A model generated the notes under the pieces. The model made no database searches, was not told where the DNA came from, and saw only the letters and a list, made by a program, of their open reading frames with translations. Shown piece by piece: positions 40,182 through 49,107 of a stretch of 64,000 nucleotides of DNA; position 1 is the stretch's first letter; each line of letters starts with the position of its first letter. Both the position numbers and the translations under genes were made by a program. Source of the DNA: an uncultured Gemmatimonadales bacterium (GTDB lineage: Bacteria; Gemmatimonadota; Gemmatimonadetes; Gemmatimonadales; GWC2-71-9); assembly GCA_963771275.1 (NCBI GenBank), contig CAVYSW010000003.1:1344001-1408000 (forward strand), given 5' to 3'.

Positions 40182-41447
40182 CTACTCCGCGCAGAATTGC
40201 AGGGCTCTCATGGCGGCGCCGGTCGCGTCGCGGACGCTGGTCGCCACGTCCGTCGGGCGTTTGGCGCATCCGGCGGCCAGCATGCCCGCCACCGGCTGTT
40301 CGTCCGTCAGGAACCCGGATTCGTCGGTCAGCAGGCCGCCGGCGACGTCGACCGTCTTGCCGAGCGCCGGCACCATGCCGGTCGCCAGCACGACGAGGTC
40401 CACCGTCTGGCGTAGCGGCACGCCCGCGAGCGTATCCTCGGCTTCGACCTCCAGGTCGTGGCTCGCGGGATCCTCGGAGATCCTGGCCACCTTGCCCTTG
40501 ATCAGCCGCACCTTCGCGTCCTCCTGAGTTGCGGCATAGAAGTCCTCGAGCCGGCCCGGGGCGCGGATGTCGATGTAGAACACGTAGATCATCGCGTCGG
40601 GATACTGCGCCCGGACATAACGCGCCTGCTTCAGCGATCCGAGGCAACAGACGCCGGAGCAGTGCCTGAGGTGGTTCTCGTCCCGCGAGCCGGCGCACTG
40701 TACGAACGCGACGGACGCCACGGCCTTGCGGTCGGACAGGCGGACGATCTTCCCGCCGGTCGGGCCGCCGGGCGAGGCAAGGCGCTCCATCATCACGTTG
40801 GTGATGACGTTGGGGTACGTGCCAAACCCGAGGTCGGCGATCTTCGCGGCGTCGTACGGGTCCCAGCCCGTCGCCCAGATCACGGCCTGGACGTCCAGCT
40901 CCACGGTGTCCGGCTGCATCGCCAGGTCGATGGCGTCGTACGGGCACGCCGGCACGCACTTGCCGCACGCGGGTCCGGGACACACGCCGCCGTCGATCAT
41001 GAAGCGCATGGGAAAGGCCATCTCGTACGGGAGGTAGATGGCTTTGGTGGTCACCATGCCGAGGTTGAAGCTGTCGGGACGCTCGACGGGACAGGCGTCC
41101 ACGCACGCACCGCACGCGGTGCACTTCTCGTTGACGCGGCGCGGGTTGCGCCGGATCGTCGCGTGGAAGTGGCCTGCGACGCCGGAGATCTGCTGCACGT
41201 CGGACAGGGTGAGCACCCGGATCCGGGGGTTCGTCTTGATGCGCCGCAGGTTGATTTCCAGGCCGCAGTGCGGCGGGCAGAGCTTGGGGAAGTACTGGTA
41301 CGAGCGGGCGACCCGTCCGCCCAGGAAGGGCTCCTTCTCGACCAGCACGACCTCACAGCCCGCCTCGGACGCCTCGATGGCCGCGGTGATCCCGCTGATC
41401 CCGCCACCGACGACGAGGACCGTTCCCCGCTTGCCGTTGGTGCTCAT
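40182..41447 (-). CDS. qmoA: QmoA (HdrA-like flavoprotein)
   Basis: VVGGGISG, YFPKLCPP.CGLEIN, QCAGSRDENHL..CSGVCC. Confidence 0.95.
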   Translation of the reverse strand: MSTNGKRGTVLVVGGGISGITAAIEASEAGCEVVLVEKEPFLGGRVARSYQYFPKLCPPHCGLEINLRRIKTNPRIRVLTLSDVQQISGVAGHFHATIRRNPRRVNEKCTACGACVDACPVERPDSFNLGMVTTKAIYLPYEMAFPMRFMIDGGVCPGPACGKCVPACPYDAIDLAMQPDTVELDVQAVIWATGWDPYDAAKIADLGFGTYPNVITNVMMERLASPGGPTGGKIVRLSDRKAVASVAFVQCAGSRDENHLRHCSGVCCLGSLKQARYVRAQYPDAMIYVFYIDIRAPGRLEDFYAATQEDAKVRLIKGKVARISEDPASHDLEVEAEDTLAGVPLRQTVDLVVLATGMVPALGKTVDVAGGLLTDESGFLTDEQPVAGMLAAGCAKRPTDVATSVRDATGAAMRALQFCAE

Positions 41448-42310
41448 CGGGCGTCCCTACCGGGAGGTTGGGCCCCCGGCCGGTGGAGCACCCGGCTCTT
41501 GTCGAGCTTCCCTTGGAAGGCCTCCACGATCTCGGGGCGCGGCTTCACCGTCTTTTCGCCGAACAGGCTGAAGCGCAGCCAGAGGAACGCGAACCGCAGC
41601 AGCGCCTCGTCGTCGTACCGCATCTCCTCGACGAAGTCCTCGTCCACGTCGAACCGCTGCAGCAACGTGCTCCCGAACACGAATTCCCGGAAGCGATCGA
41701 GGTCGTAGCACGCGGTGAACAGCATGTGGAGCTTCTCGGGAGAGAGCACGCCGCCGCTCTCGAAGAACGGGTGCAGCGTCAGCTCCTTGAACGCTTCGCC
41801 CCACTGGTCGTAGTCGTCGATGCGCTGATCATCGAGCCACTGCCGCACCGTCCAGGTACGCGGCTCGTCACCGCCCTTGCAGCCCTCCTCCCGGAGGAGG
41901 AAGTAGAACCGGTCGCCCTGCCAGCCGTCGGGGGTGTCCTTCTGGGACGCGAGGCCGAGGGGGTACATGCGGCAGGGCCACGGCCGATCGCCGTAAATCC
42001 CGCACCCCTGGTCGGTCAGGAACGGGCACCGCTTGGCGTCGTCGCTCATCTTGAGCATGACGACCGGTGTCTTCATGTCCTTGTGGACTGGGAGGATGGT
42101 GTAGGTCTCGAGAAACTGGCTCGAGGTGATTCCGAGGCGCCGCTTCATGCGCAGCACGTCGTACGGCGAGAGAAAGATGTTGACGTCGGCGCAGCAGCGA
42201 TTGAAGCACGAGATGCCGGGATGACAGTCGAAGGGGAACGTGTCATCCGGGCCCAGTCGGGGCGCCTGGTCGAGAATATGCTGCTGCAGGCGGGCACGTG
42301 GGTCAGTCAT
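41444..42310 (-). CDS. YkgJ-family (CxxCxxCC-type) cysteine-cluster protein
   Basis: FDCHPGISCFNRCC, LSPYD, CPFL..GC.IY.DRP..CRMYPLG. Confidence 0.85.
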   Translation of the reverse strand: MTDPRARLQQHILDQAPRLGPDDTFPFDCHPGISCFNRCCADVNIFLSPYDVLRMKRRLGITSSQFLETYTILPVHKDMKTPVVMLKMSDDAKRCPFLTDQGCGIYGDRPWPCRMYPLGLASQKDTPDGWQGDRFYFLLREEGCKGGDEPRTWTVRQWLDDQRIDDYDQWGEAFKELTLHPFFESGGVLSPEKLHMLFTACYDLDRFREFVFGSTLLQRFDVDEDFVEEMRYDDEALLRFAFLWLRFSLFGEKTVKPRPEIVEAFQGKLDKSRVLHRPGAQPPGRDAR

Positions 42311-42590
42311 CAGCGGTTCCTTCGGGGTCGTCCACGATCATGTTGCGGGTCGCGACATCCGACCATACCGGAATCATGAGCGAGGCGCCGGTAGTGGGAT
42401 TGAGGGCATAGCGATACGACGCCTTTTGGCGGTACTGCTCCCACATCCAGTCCCACCCTTCCTTGTAGTAGGAGCAGTCGTCGTTGAAGCAGACGTAGAA
42501 GAACTCGTCGTTCCAGCTCGCCCCATCCGGCACGAGCCACTTCTTGAGGCGGGATCCACAGTGGGTGCAGCGGGGAAGGGAAACCGCCAT
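42303..42590 (-). CDS. Small conserved zinc-finger-like protein
   Basis: CTHC...VCFNDDCSYY..GW; about 95 aa; overlaps the start of the YkgJ gene. Confidence 0.7.
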   Translation of the reverse strand: MAVSLPRCTHCGSRLKKWLVPDGASWNDEFFYVCFNDDCSYYKEGWDWMWEQYRQKASYRYALNPTTGASLMIPVWSDVATRNMIVDDPEGTADD

Positions 42591-42687
42591 CGGGATCCTC
42601 AATCGGTCAACCGTCGGCCGCGGCACTGCGGCATGCGCAGACATGCACTCCTCGGATCGGGTCGGTTGGCCGGTGATACCGTCCTGC

Positions 42688-42719
42688 GATCCTGGGGGCC
42701 GCAGACGGCCCCCAGGATC
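42688..42719 (-). other. Perfect 14-bp hairpin just downstream of aprA
   Basis: GATCCTGGGGGCCG-CAGA-CGGCCCCCAGGATC, 13 nt after the aprA stop; no U-tract. Confidence 0.7.
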
Positions 42720-42732
42720 CCTGCCGTGACCC

Positions 42733-44625
42733 TTAGGCGGTGATTCGCTTCACGGGCCGCTTCTTCATCTCCCACTTGCCAGTGTCCTTGTGATAGATGC
42801 AGTTGCAGAAGGCGAGCCAGTTCTTGTTGTCGATGTTCGGCTTGTCGGCGCGGAAGTAGTAGCCCGGCCAACGGGTCTCCTCACGGAACAGGATGGAGCG
42901 CATGTGGGCGTCCGCCTGATACATCCGGTGGACGTTCTCCCAGCACCGCATCAGCTCGTGCAGGTTCTCCGCCGCGAGGTTGGCGGCGTCTTCCTTCAGG
43001 AAGGCCAGCAGCTCCAGGCCCCGCTCGATGAGCTTGTCGCTCGTCTTGAACTGGCTCGACACCCCACCCGCGTACTCGTCCATCAGCTTCTGCAGCCGAT
43101 ACATGAACTGCTGGGGGCGGATGTAGTTGGGGTTGATGTCGGGGTCGGTCGTCGCCCCTTTGTGCTTCGCGAAGGTCTCGATCGGCTGCAGGATTTCCTT
43201 CGTGAGCGCGTCGACCTGCGCCTGGTCGACCTTGGGCGGCCCCTTGTGGTCGACGATGTAGGAGATGGCCGCCTTCGCCGCGATCCGGCCTTCGGCGTGC
43301 GACCCGGACGAGAACTTGTGACTCGAGGCGCCCGACGCGTCGCCCGCCGCGAACATGCCCTGGACGGTCGTCATGTGCGGGTAGCCCCAGAAGTACTCGT
43401 CGCGCGTGGCGGGCGTCTGCAGATCCGCGGGCCCGGACACCCACGCGCCAGAGGCGCCGGAGTGCGAGCCGATGAAGTACGGATCGCACGCCATGATCTC
43501 AGACGGCTTCTTCTCGGGCTCGGTGTTGGTCGCGGCCCAGAGAATCGCCTGCGAGATCGTCATGTCGAGGAAGTCCTCCCAAGCCTCGGCCTCCAGCTCC
43601 TTCAGCTTCTTCTTGGCTTCCTTCTCGTCCGGTATCTGCTCCGCGATCTTCTTGATCGCGTCGGCCGTCTGCATGTAGATCGGCGACTTGCCGTCCATCA
43701 CGTCCAGCATCATCAGCCAGTTGCGGATGTTGGCCGGCGCCGGCTTCACCTTGGCGTACGGCTCCCACTTGTCGAGCTCGGCGGCGTTGTCCTTCATGTA
43801 GTTGCCGCCCTGCGCGTTGGTGGCGAGCGCCTTGAACAGCAGGAACCACGCGCCCACCGGGCCGTACGCGTCCTTGAACCGCACCGGGATGAAGCGCACT
43901 TCCTGACAGGTCATCTCGGCGCCGCCGTAGATCGTGAAGAAGGCACTGGCGCCGGAGTTGAACGGGGGATACCAGGAGCGGCCGAAGCCCTCGCCGGTGG
44001 AGCGGGGCTTGAACACGTGCACGGCGCCGCCCATGGCGACCAGGGTCGCCTTGGCCTTGAACACGTACACCTTGTTCTCGCGGACGCTGAAGCCGATCGC
44101 GCCGACGCACTTGTCGCCGTCGACCAGCGGGTGGGTGATGAACACCCGCTCGAAGTACTGCCCGTTCGCTTCCTTCAGGGCGTTCTTGGCCGCCTCGGCG
44201 ACGATGATCTTGTACGATTCGCCGTTGATCATCAGCTGCCAGCGTCCCTCGTGGACGTAGTTGCCGTCCTTGTCCTTCCAGATCGGCAGACCCCACTTTT
44301 CGAACAGGTGCACGGTCGAATCCACGTGGCGCGCGATGTCCGCCACGAGGTCCTCACGGGTGATGCCCATGAGGTCGTTGCGCACGTAGTCGACGTAGTC
44401 CTTCAGGGTGTTGTTGCCGCTGTTGAGGTCGACGTACTGGTTGATGGCCGAGAGCCCCATGGCCACCGCGCCCGAGCGGTCCATTGCCGCCTTGTCGACC
44501 AGAGTGACCTTGAGACCGTGTTGCTTGGCCCAATACGACGCTTCCACGGCTGCGCCGCAGGCCGCCATCCCGCCGCCGCAGATCAGCAGGTCGGTCTCAA
44601 CCGTTACGGTTTCGAAAGCCGCCAT
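42733..44625 (-). CDS. aprA: Adenylylsulfate reductase alpha subunit
   Basis: RSGAVAMGLSAIN, WQLMINGESYK, RFKDAYGPVGAWFL, WEDFLDMT, HKFSSGSHAEG, REETRWPGYY. Confidence 0.98.
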   Translation of the reverse strand: MAAFETVTVETDLLICGGGMAACGAAVEASYWAKQHGLKVTLVDKAAMDRSGAVAMGLSAINQYVDLNSGNNTLKDYVDYVRNDLMGITREDLVADIARHVDSTVHLFEKWGLPIWKDKDGNYVHEGRWQLMINGESYKIIVAEAAKNALKEANGQYFERVFITHPLVDGDKCVGAIGFSVRENKVYVFKAKATLVAMGGAVHVFKPRSTGEGFGRSWYPPFNSGASAFFTIYGGAEMTCQEVRFIPVRFKDAYGPVGAWFLLFKALATNAQGGNYMKDNAAELDKWEPYAKVKPAPANIRNWLMMLDVMDGKSPIYMQTADAIKKIAEQIPDEKEAKKKLKELEAEAWEDFLDMTISQAILWAATNTEPEKKPSEIMACDPYFIGSHSGASGAWVSGPADLQTPATRDEYFWGYPHMTTVQGMFAAGDASGASSHKFSSGSHAEGRIAAKAAISYIVDHKGPPKVDQAQVDALTKEILQPIETFAKHKGATTDPDINPNYIRPQQFMYRLQKLMDEYAGGVSSQFKTSDKLIERGLELLAFLKEDAANLAAENLHELMRCWENVHRMYQADAHMRSILFREETRWPGYYFRADKPNIDNKNWLAFCNCIYHKDTGKWEMKKRPVKRITA

Positions 44626-44694
44626 TTTCGCATCTCCTCGAGGATTCCCTCGGCCGAAGCCAGTAGATCCGGTATGTCGTCGATGTCCGGCCGC

Positions 44695-45162
44695 CTACAG
44701 CGTCACGGCCTTGGCGATCTTGACCTTGCCCCGCTCGGTGTTCAGGCCGGCCGGCTCGCACATCAGCGTCGGGCTCTTCAGGTCGGCATCCCCGGTGGGA
44801 TAGTGGCTGAACGGCTGCGCTTTGCCTTCAGCGACGCCCCGGCGGTGCGGGAACTTGAACCGCTTCGGCTTGATGTCTTTGCTGCGGAACTGGAGGGTCC
44901 ACATGATGTCTTCGGAGCTGCGCATTGCCGTGACGCTCGCGCCCATCGGCACGAAATCGGCGTAGCCGCGTACCTCGATCGCCTGCGTCGGGCAGATCTT
45001 CACGCAGCTGTAGCACTCCCAGCACATCCAGGGATCCTGGTTGTACGCCTTCATGGTGCCCTTGTCGAGCACCATGAGGTCGTTCGGACAAATGTACTGG
45101 CAAGCGGTCTTGTCGAGCGCTTTGCAGCCATCACACTTGTCCGGGTTCACGAAGGTCGGCAT
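44695..45162 (-). CDS. aprB: Adenylylsulfate reductase beta subunit
   Basis: MPTFVNPDKCDGC, CQYICPNDLM, CWECYSCVKICP, RGYADF. Confidence 0.97.
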   Translation of the reverse strand: MPTFVNPDKCDGCKALDKTACQYICPNDLMVLDKGTMKAYNQDPWMCWECYSCVKICPTQAIEVRGYADFVPMGASVTAMRSSEDIMWTLQFRSKDIKPKRFKFPHRRGVAEGKAQPFSHYPTGDADLKSPTLMCEPAGLNTERGKVKIAKAVTL

Positions 45163-45344
45163 GACTTGTTTCCTTTCTGTCCAGATCAGGCGTTCCCGGG
45201 AACTAGGCCTTCTCTCCGATACCTACCAGCCCGCAGCGGCGACCTCTCGCCAGAGGCGCCGCACGGTAGCCGCATCCATCGCCGCATCTCCACTCCCCTG
45301 CTGCGCGACTGTCATCGTACCCGTCCATAGCCGACTGTCACACT

Positions 45345-45362
45345 CCGAGATATTTATCACGA
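45345..45362. promoter_or_regulatory. Putative Rex operator downstream of the aprB promoter
   Basis: CCGAGAT-ATTT-ATCACGA, an 18-bp imperfect palindrome resembling the Rex box TTGTGAA-N4-TTCACAA. Confidence 0.65.
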
Positions 45363-45375
45363 TTCACCTCACGGG

Positions 45376-45404
45376 AATCTTGCCGCCCGTGCCCGGCGCG
45401 TCAA
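45376..45404 (-). promoter_or_regulatory. Putative sigma70 promoter of the aprBA-qmo-sat-dsr operon
   Basis: Minus strand TTGACG-17 nt-AAGATT. Confidence 0.6.
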
Positions 45405-45411
45405 GGCCTAA

Positions 45412-45429
45412 GTGCGATTCCTGTCACGA
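45412..45429. promoter_or_regulatory. Second putative Rex operator, upstream of the aprB -35
   Basis: GTGCGAT-TCCT-GTCACGA; overlaps the rex stop codon. Confidence 0.45.
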
Positions 45430-46152
45430 TTCGGAGATTATTGCAATCCGTCTTCTCCCGTTTCGCGCGCGCGGAGCTCCGGGAGGAGGGTGGCGCCGGA
45501 CGGGCACGGGAGCCGCAAGAGATGCCGCACCGTGCCGGCGGAGGTGGTGGGTGATCTCCGACAGACCGAGGGAAATGTGCTCGTTGCGCACCAGCACGCC
45601 GGACGGCACCACCGGGTGCGCGGGGGCGAAATTCCAGATGACCCGGACGCCGGCATCGGCGAGACGGTCGATGACCCGCTGGGCGGCGTCGGCGGGCGTC
45701 GTGACGACGGCGAGCGGGATGTGGTGGCTCTTGATGAACGCGCTGAGCGCGCGCATCGGTCGCACGGGGCACCCGTTGATACGCCGGCCGATCTTGCGCG
45801 GGTCGGTGTCGAACGCCGCGAGAAAGTGCAGGCCGTAGCGGGTGAACCGGCGATACGCCAGGATAGCCGAGCCGAGGTGGCCGGCGCCCACGAGCACCGC
45901 GTCATGTTGGCGGTCGAAGCCAAGCTCTTGCTGCACGGCCAGGCAGACCTCGTCCACCTCGAAGCCCACCCGTCCCTTGCCGAGCAGACCGATCGCCCCG
46001 AAATCCTTGCGGACCTGCGTCGGGTCGATGTCGAGCGCCTCGGCGATGCGGCCGCTGGTGACCGTGCGGCCCTGGTCCCGCACGGGGGACTCGGACAGGA
46101 GCAGGTAGTACCGCATCAGGCGTTCGAGCGCCAATTGGCTGAGATGCGCCAT
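45424..46152 (-). CDS. rex: Redox-sensing transcriptional repressor Rex
   Basis: RLMRYY, QVRKDF..IG..GKGRVGF, LVGAGHLG, AAFDTDP, IWNFAP. Start MAHLS at 46152. Confidence 0.95.
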   Translation of the reverse strand: MAHLSQLALERLMRYYLLLSESPVRDQGRTVTSGRIAEALDIDPTQVRKDFGAIGLLGKGRVGFEVDEVCLAVQQELGFDRQHDAVLVGAGHLGSAILAYRRFTRYGLHFLAAFDTDPRKIGRRINGCPVRPMRALSAFIKSHHIPLAVVTTPADAAQRVIDRLADAGVRVIWNFAPAHPVVPSGVLVRNEHISLGLSEITHHLRRHGAASLAAPVPVRRHPPPGAPRARNGRRRIAIISES

Positions 46153-46193
46153 CGGTCCCCCTTGGCCGCCGCGAGCACCCCCCTGCGGAGTAT

Positions 46194-46211
46194 TCGCGAT
46201 TTTTGTCACAC
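46194..46211. promoter_or_regulatory. Putative Rex operator upstream of rex (autoregulation)
   Basis: TCGCGAT-TTTT-GTCACAC. Confidence 0.6.
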
Positions 46212-46224
46212 TTTCACTACCGGC

Positions 46225-46252
46225 ATTCTAGCAGCGGGCCGCGGCGCGTCAA
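46225..46252 (-). promoter_or_regulatory. Putative sigma70 promoter of rex
   Basis: Minus strand TTGACG-16 nt-TAGAAT. Confidence 0.7.
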
Positions 46253-46322
46253 GCCCTTGCGGGGTTCGGTGAGGAGCGGAGAGGTTACGGTCACCGTTCC
46301 CCTCCCCTCGGGAGACTGCACG

Positions 46323-47348
46323 ATGCCTGCCTCACCCAACACCCCGCGTCCGCTGCGCCGCCCACGGCGGCTGCGCCGCAACGCCATCATCCGCGGCTTG
46401 ATCCGCGAAACGCGCCTGACGCCGGACCGGCTGGTGCTGCCGCTGTTCATCGTCGATGGCGAGCACGTGGCCGATCCCATCGCCAGCATGCCGGGGCAGG
46501 CCCGGTTGTCGATCGATCGTTCGATCGCCAAGTGCGAGGAAGCACTCGCGCTGGGCGTTGGTGCTTTCGCCCTGTTTCCCGCCGTGCCGCCGTCCCGCAA
46601 GACGCGCGACGCCAGGGAGGCACTCAATCCGGACAATTTGCTCTGCCGCGCCGTACGCGCGCTGAAGGCCGCAGTCCCCAGCGCATTCCTTATTACGGAC
46701 ATCGCGCTCGATCCCTATTCCAGCCTGGGCCACGACGGACTCGTGAGCGACGACGGGGTCGTGCTGAACGACGACACCGTGGACGTGCTGGCGGGAATGG
46801 CGGTGGTGCATGCCCAGGCGGGAGCGGACATGGTCGCCCCGTCCGATATGATGGACGGTCGAGTGGGCGCCATCCGCGCCGCGCTCGATGCCGCCGGGGC
46901 CACCGACGTGGCGATCCTGAGCTACACGGCCAAGTACGCGTCCGGCTTTTACGGGCCGTTCCGCGAGGCGCTCGACTCCGCTCCAGTCGACGCGCCCAAC
47001 GTGCCGAAGGACAAGAAGACCTACCAGATGGATCCGGCCAACGCGCGCGAGGCGCTGACCGAGGCCCGGCTCGACGAGCACGAGGGCGCGGACGTCCTGA
47101 TGGTGAAGCCCGCCCTGCCGTACCTCGACGTCATCAGCCGGCTGCGCGCCGCCACCCATCTGCCGATCGCCGCGTACCACGTGAGCGGCGAGTACGCCAT
47201 GCTCAAGGCCGCCGCGGCCAACGGCTGGCTCGACGAGCGCACGTGCATGACGGAAGTGCTCGTGGCGATCGCCCGGGCCGGGGCCGACGTGATCCTCACC
47301 TACGCGGCGCTGGATTACGCCCGGTGGTGGCGAGAAACGTCGCGGTAG
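46323..47348 (+). CDS. hemB: Porphobilinogen synthase
   Basis: RPRRLR, DIALDPYSSLGHDG (Asp-rich, non-Zn type), APSDMMDGR, KYASGFYGPFR, MVKP, YHVSGEY. Confidence 0.96.
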   Translation: MPASPNTPRPLRRPRRLRRNAIIRGLIRETRLTPDRLVLPLFIVDGEHVADPIASMPGQARLSIDRSIAKCEEALALGVGAFALFPAVPPSRKTRDAREALNPDNLLCRAVRALKAAVPSAFLITDIALDPYSSLGHDGLVSDDGVVLNDDTVDVLAGMAVVHAQAGADMVAPSDMMDGRVGAIRAALDAAGATDVAILSYTAKYASGFYGPFREALDSAPVDAPNVPKDKKTYQMDPANAREALTEARLDEHEGADVLMVKPALPYLDVISRLRAATHLPIAAYHVSGEYAMLKAAAANGWLDERTCMTEVLVAIARAGADVILTYAALDYARWWRETSR

Positions 47349-47522
47349 GAGGTTCGAGGCGTTTCGATTCTGCGACATGAACGGCCCCGTCCGTGACCGC
47401 CGTGTAGCGGGACTGCCCGCCGGCATTCGCACCAAGTCCTACCATTTCAATCGGATAGCGCAGGGAGGGGCATGGAGTCCGGCTCGCGGATGGGTTACCA
47501 TTCAGTTGTGCAACAGTGAGAC

Positions 47523-48923
47523 ATGGCGAGCCAGCACAGCTCGCCGGGTCAAGGGGGCGGGATGGAGCCGGAGAGCGAAGCCAAGTTCTTCCAGACGGTG
47601 CTGCGCTGCGTGGCCGACGGGGTCTTCACGATCGACCGCGAGTGGCGCATCACGTCGTTCAACAAGGCCGCGGAGCGCATCACTGGCGTGCCAGCCAGGC
47701 AGGCGATCGGGAAGAAGTGCGCCGACGTCTTTCATGCGGACATCTGCGAGGACAACTGCGCGATCCGCGAGACGCTGACCACGAAGCGTGAGGTCATCGA
47801 TCGGTCGGCCAGGATCCTCAACTCGGCGGGCCGGGCCGTCCCGATCAGCGTCAGCACCGGCGTGCTGCGGCGGGATGGCGGGGAGATCCTCGGCGCCGTC
47901 GAGACCTTCCGCGACCTGTCGGCCATGGAGCAGCTGCGCCGCGAGATCGACTGCAAGTACACGATCGAGGACATCATCGGCAAGAGCGAGGCGTTCCAGA
48001 AGATCTTCGCCATCCTGCCGGACATCGCCGAGAGCGAGAGCACGGTGCTGCTCGAAGGACCGAGCGGCTCGGGTAAGGAGCTCCTCGCGCGGGCGATTCA
48101 CAACCTGAGCCCGCGGCGCAAGCAACCCTACGTCGTCGTGAACTGCGGCACGCTGCCGGCCAACCTGGTCGAGTCCGAGCTGTTCGGCTACAGGCAGGGC
48201 GCGTTCACCGATGCCAAGACGAACAAGCCGGGCCGCATCGCCCTGGCCGAGGGCGGCACCGTCTTCTTCGACGAGATCGGGGAGCTGCCCCCCGAAACGC
48301 AGGTGAAGCTGCTCCGGCTGCTGCAGGAACGCGAGTTCGAGCCGCTTGGCGGCGTGAAGCCGCAGAAGGCCGACGTCCGCGTCGTCGCGGCGACGAACAG
48401 GAGGCTGGCCGAGCTCGTGAGCCGAGGGCTGTTCCGGGACGATCTCTACTTCCGTGTGGCCGTGGTACGTCTCACCATTCCGCCGCTGGCGGCGCGGCGC
48501 GAGGACATTCCGTATCTGGTCGATCACTTCATCGAGCGGTTCAACGCCAAGCGCGGGAAGAAGATCCAGGGCGTCACCTCCGCGGTGATGGAGATCCTCA
48601 TGCGGCACGAGTTTCCCGGGAACGTGCGGGAGCTCGAGAACCTGATCGAGTACGGGTTCGCCCTGTGCCACAATGGGCTGATCGACACGTGTCATCTGCC
48701 CGAGGAGCTGAGGCCCACGGGGCGCGCCGTCCCCTGCGGACACGCCCCCGCGGCGAGCATCTCCCCCTTGCAGCGCGCGGAGGCGGAGGCCGTCCGAGCC
48801 GCCCTGAGTCACAATGCGGGCCACCTGGGCCGCTCGGCCGTGGAGCTCGGCGTGAGCCGCGCCACCCTGTGGCGCAAGATGACCCGGTACGGGATCGTCG
48901 CGGAGGCGTTCCGCGACGGCTGA
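47523..48923 (+). CDS. PAS - sigma54 AAA+ - Fis HTH transcriptional activator (OrpR-like)
   Basis: PAS with C-x8-C-x3-C, GPSGSGKE, ESELFG, GAFTDA, FFDEIGE, PGNVREL, LGVSRATLWRK. The start may be ATG 47562. Confidence 0.9.
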   Translation: MASQHSSPGQGGGMEPESEAKFFQTVLRCVADGVFTIDREWRITSFNKAAERITGVPARQAIGKKCADVFHADICEDNCAIRETLTTKREVIDRSARILNSAGRAVPISVSTGVLRRDGGEILGAVETFRDLSAMEQLRREIDCKYTIEDIIGKSEAFQKIFAILPDIAESESTVLLEGPSGSGKELLARAIHNLSPRRKQPYVVVNCGTLPANLVESELFGYRQGAFTDAKTNKPGRIALAEGGTVFFDEIGELPPETQVKLLRLLQEREFEPLGGVKPQKADVRVVAATNRRLAELVSRGLFRDDLYFRVAVVRLTIPPLAARREDIPYLVDHFIERFNAKRGKKIQGVTSAVMEILMRHEFPGNVRELENLIEYGFALCHNGLIDTCHLPEELRPTGRAVPCGHAPAASISPLQRAEAEAVRAALSHNAGHLGRSAVELGVSRATLWRKMTRYGIVAEAFRDG

Positions 48924-48929
48924 CCGGAT

Positions 48930-48977
48930 GGCTCGACATTGAAACGTCGGAGCCTCCTGCGGTTTCACATCTGCAAC
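48930..48977. promoter_or_regulatory. Candidate upstream activator sequences
   Basis: GGCTCG-ACAT-TGAAAC (48930-45) and GTTTCA-CATC-TGCAAC (48962-77), 32 bp apart and about 90-140 bp upstream of the -24 element. Confidence 0.4.
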
Positions 48978-49066
48978 ATTCATGGCTCAGCACCGTCCGT
49001 CAGCGCCACCCCACAAGTCCCAACCCCATAACACGTTGCGCCGGCCGCCGACCACGCGTGCGGCGG

Positions 49067-49082
49067 TGGCGCGCTACCTGCC
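49067..49082 (+). promoter_or_regulatory. Sigma54 (-24/-12) promoter
   Basis: TGGCGCGCTACCTGCC = GG-N10-GC, about 25 nt before GTG 49108 and directly downstream of a sigma54 activator gene. Confidence 0.7.
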
Positions 49083-49107
49083 TTGAGGATAGGCGGGGAG
49101 GCCAAAC

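Noticed and set aside
44820..44860. Atypical AprB segment FPHRRGVAEG where FPIRTT.EG is expected
   Set aside because: The frame stays open with a plausible C-terminus; divergence cannot be told from local sequence error.
42790..45330. Long plus-strand ORFs opposite aprBA, and similar ones opposite dsrAB (26494-28881), dsrL (24375-26603), the hemA fusion (18322-20526) and the DASS gene (10591-12693)
   Set aside because: These are antisense shadows expected in high-GC coding DNA; each overlaps a clearly identified gene.
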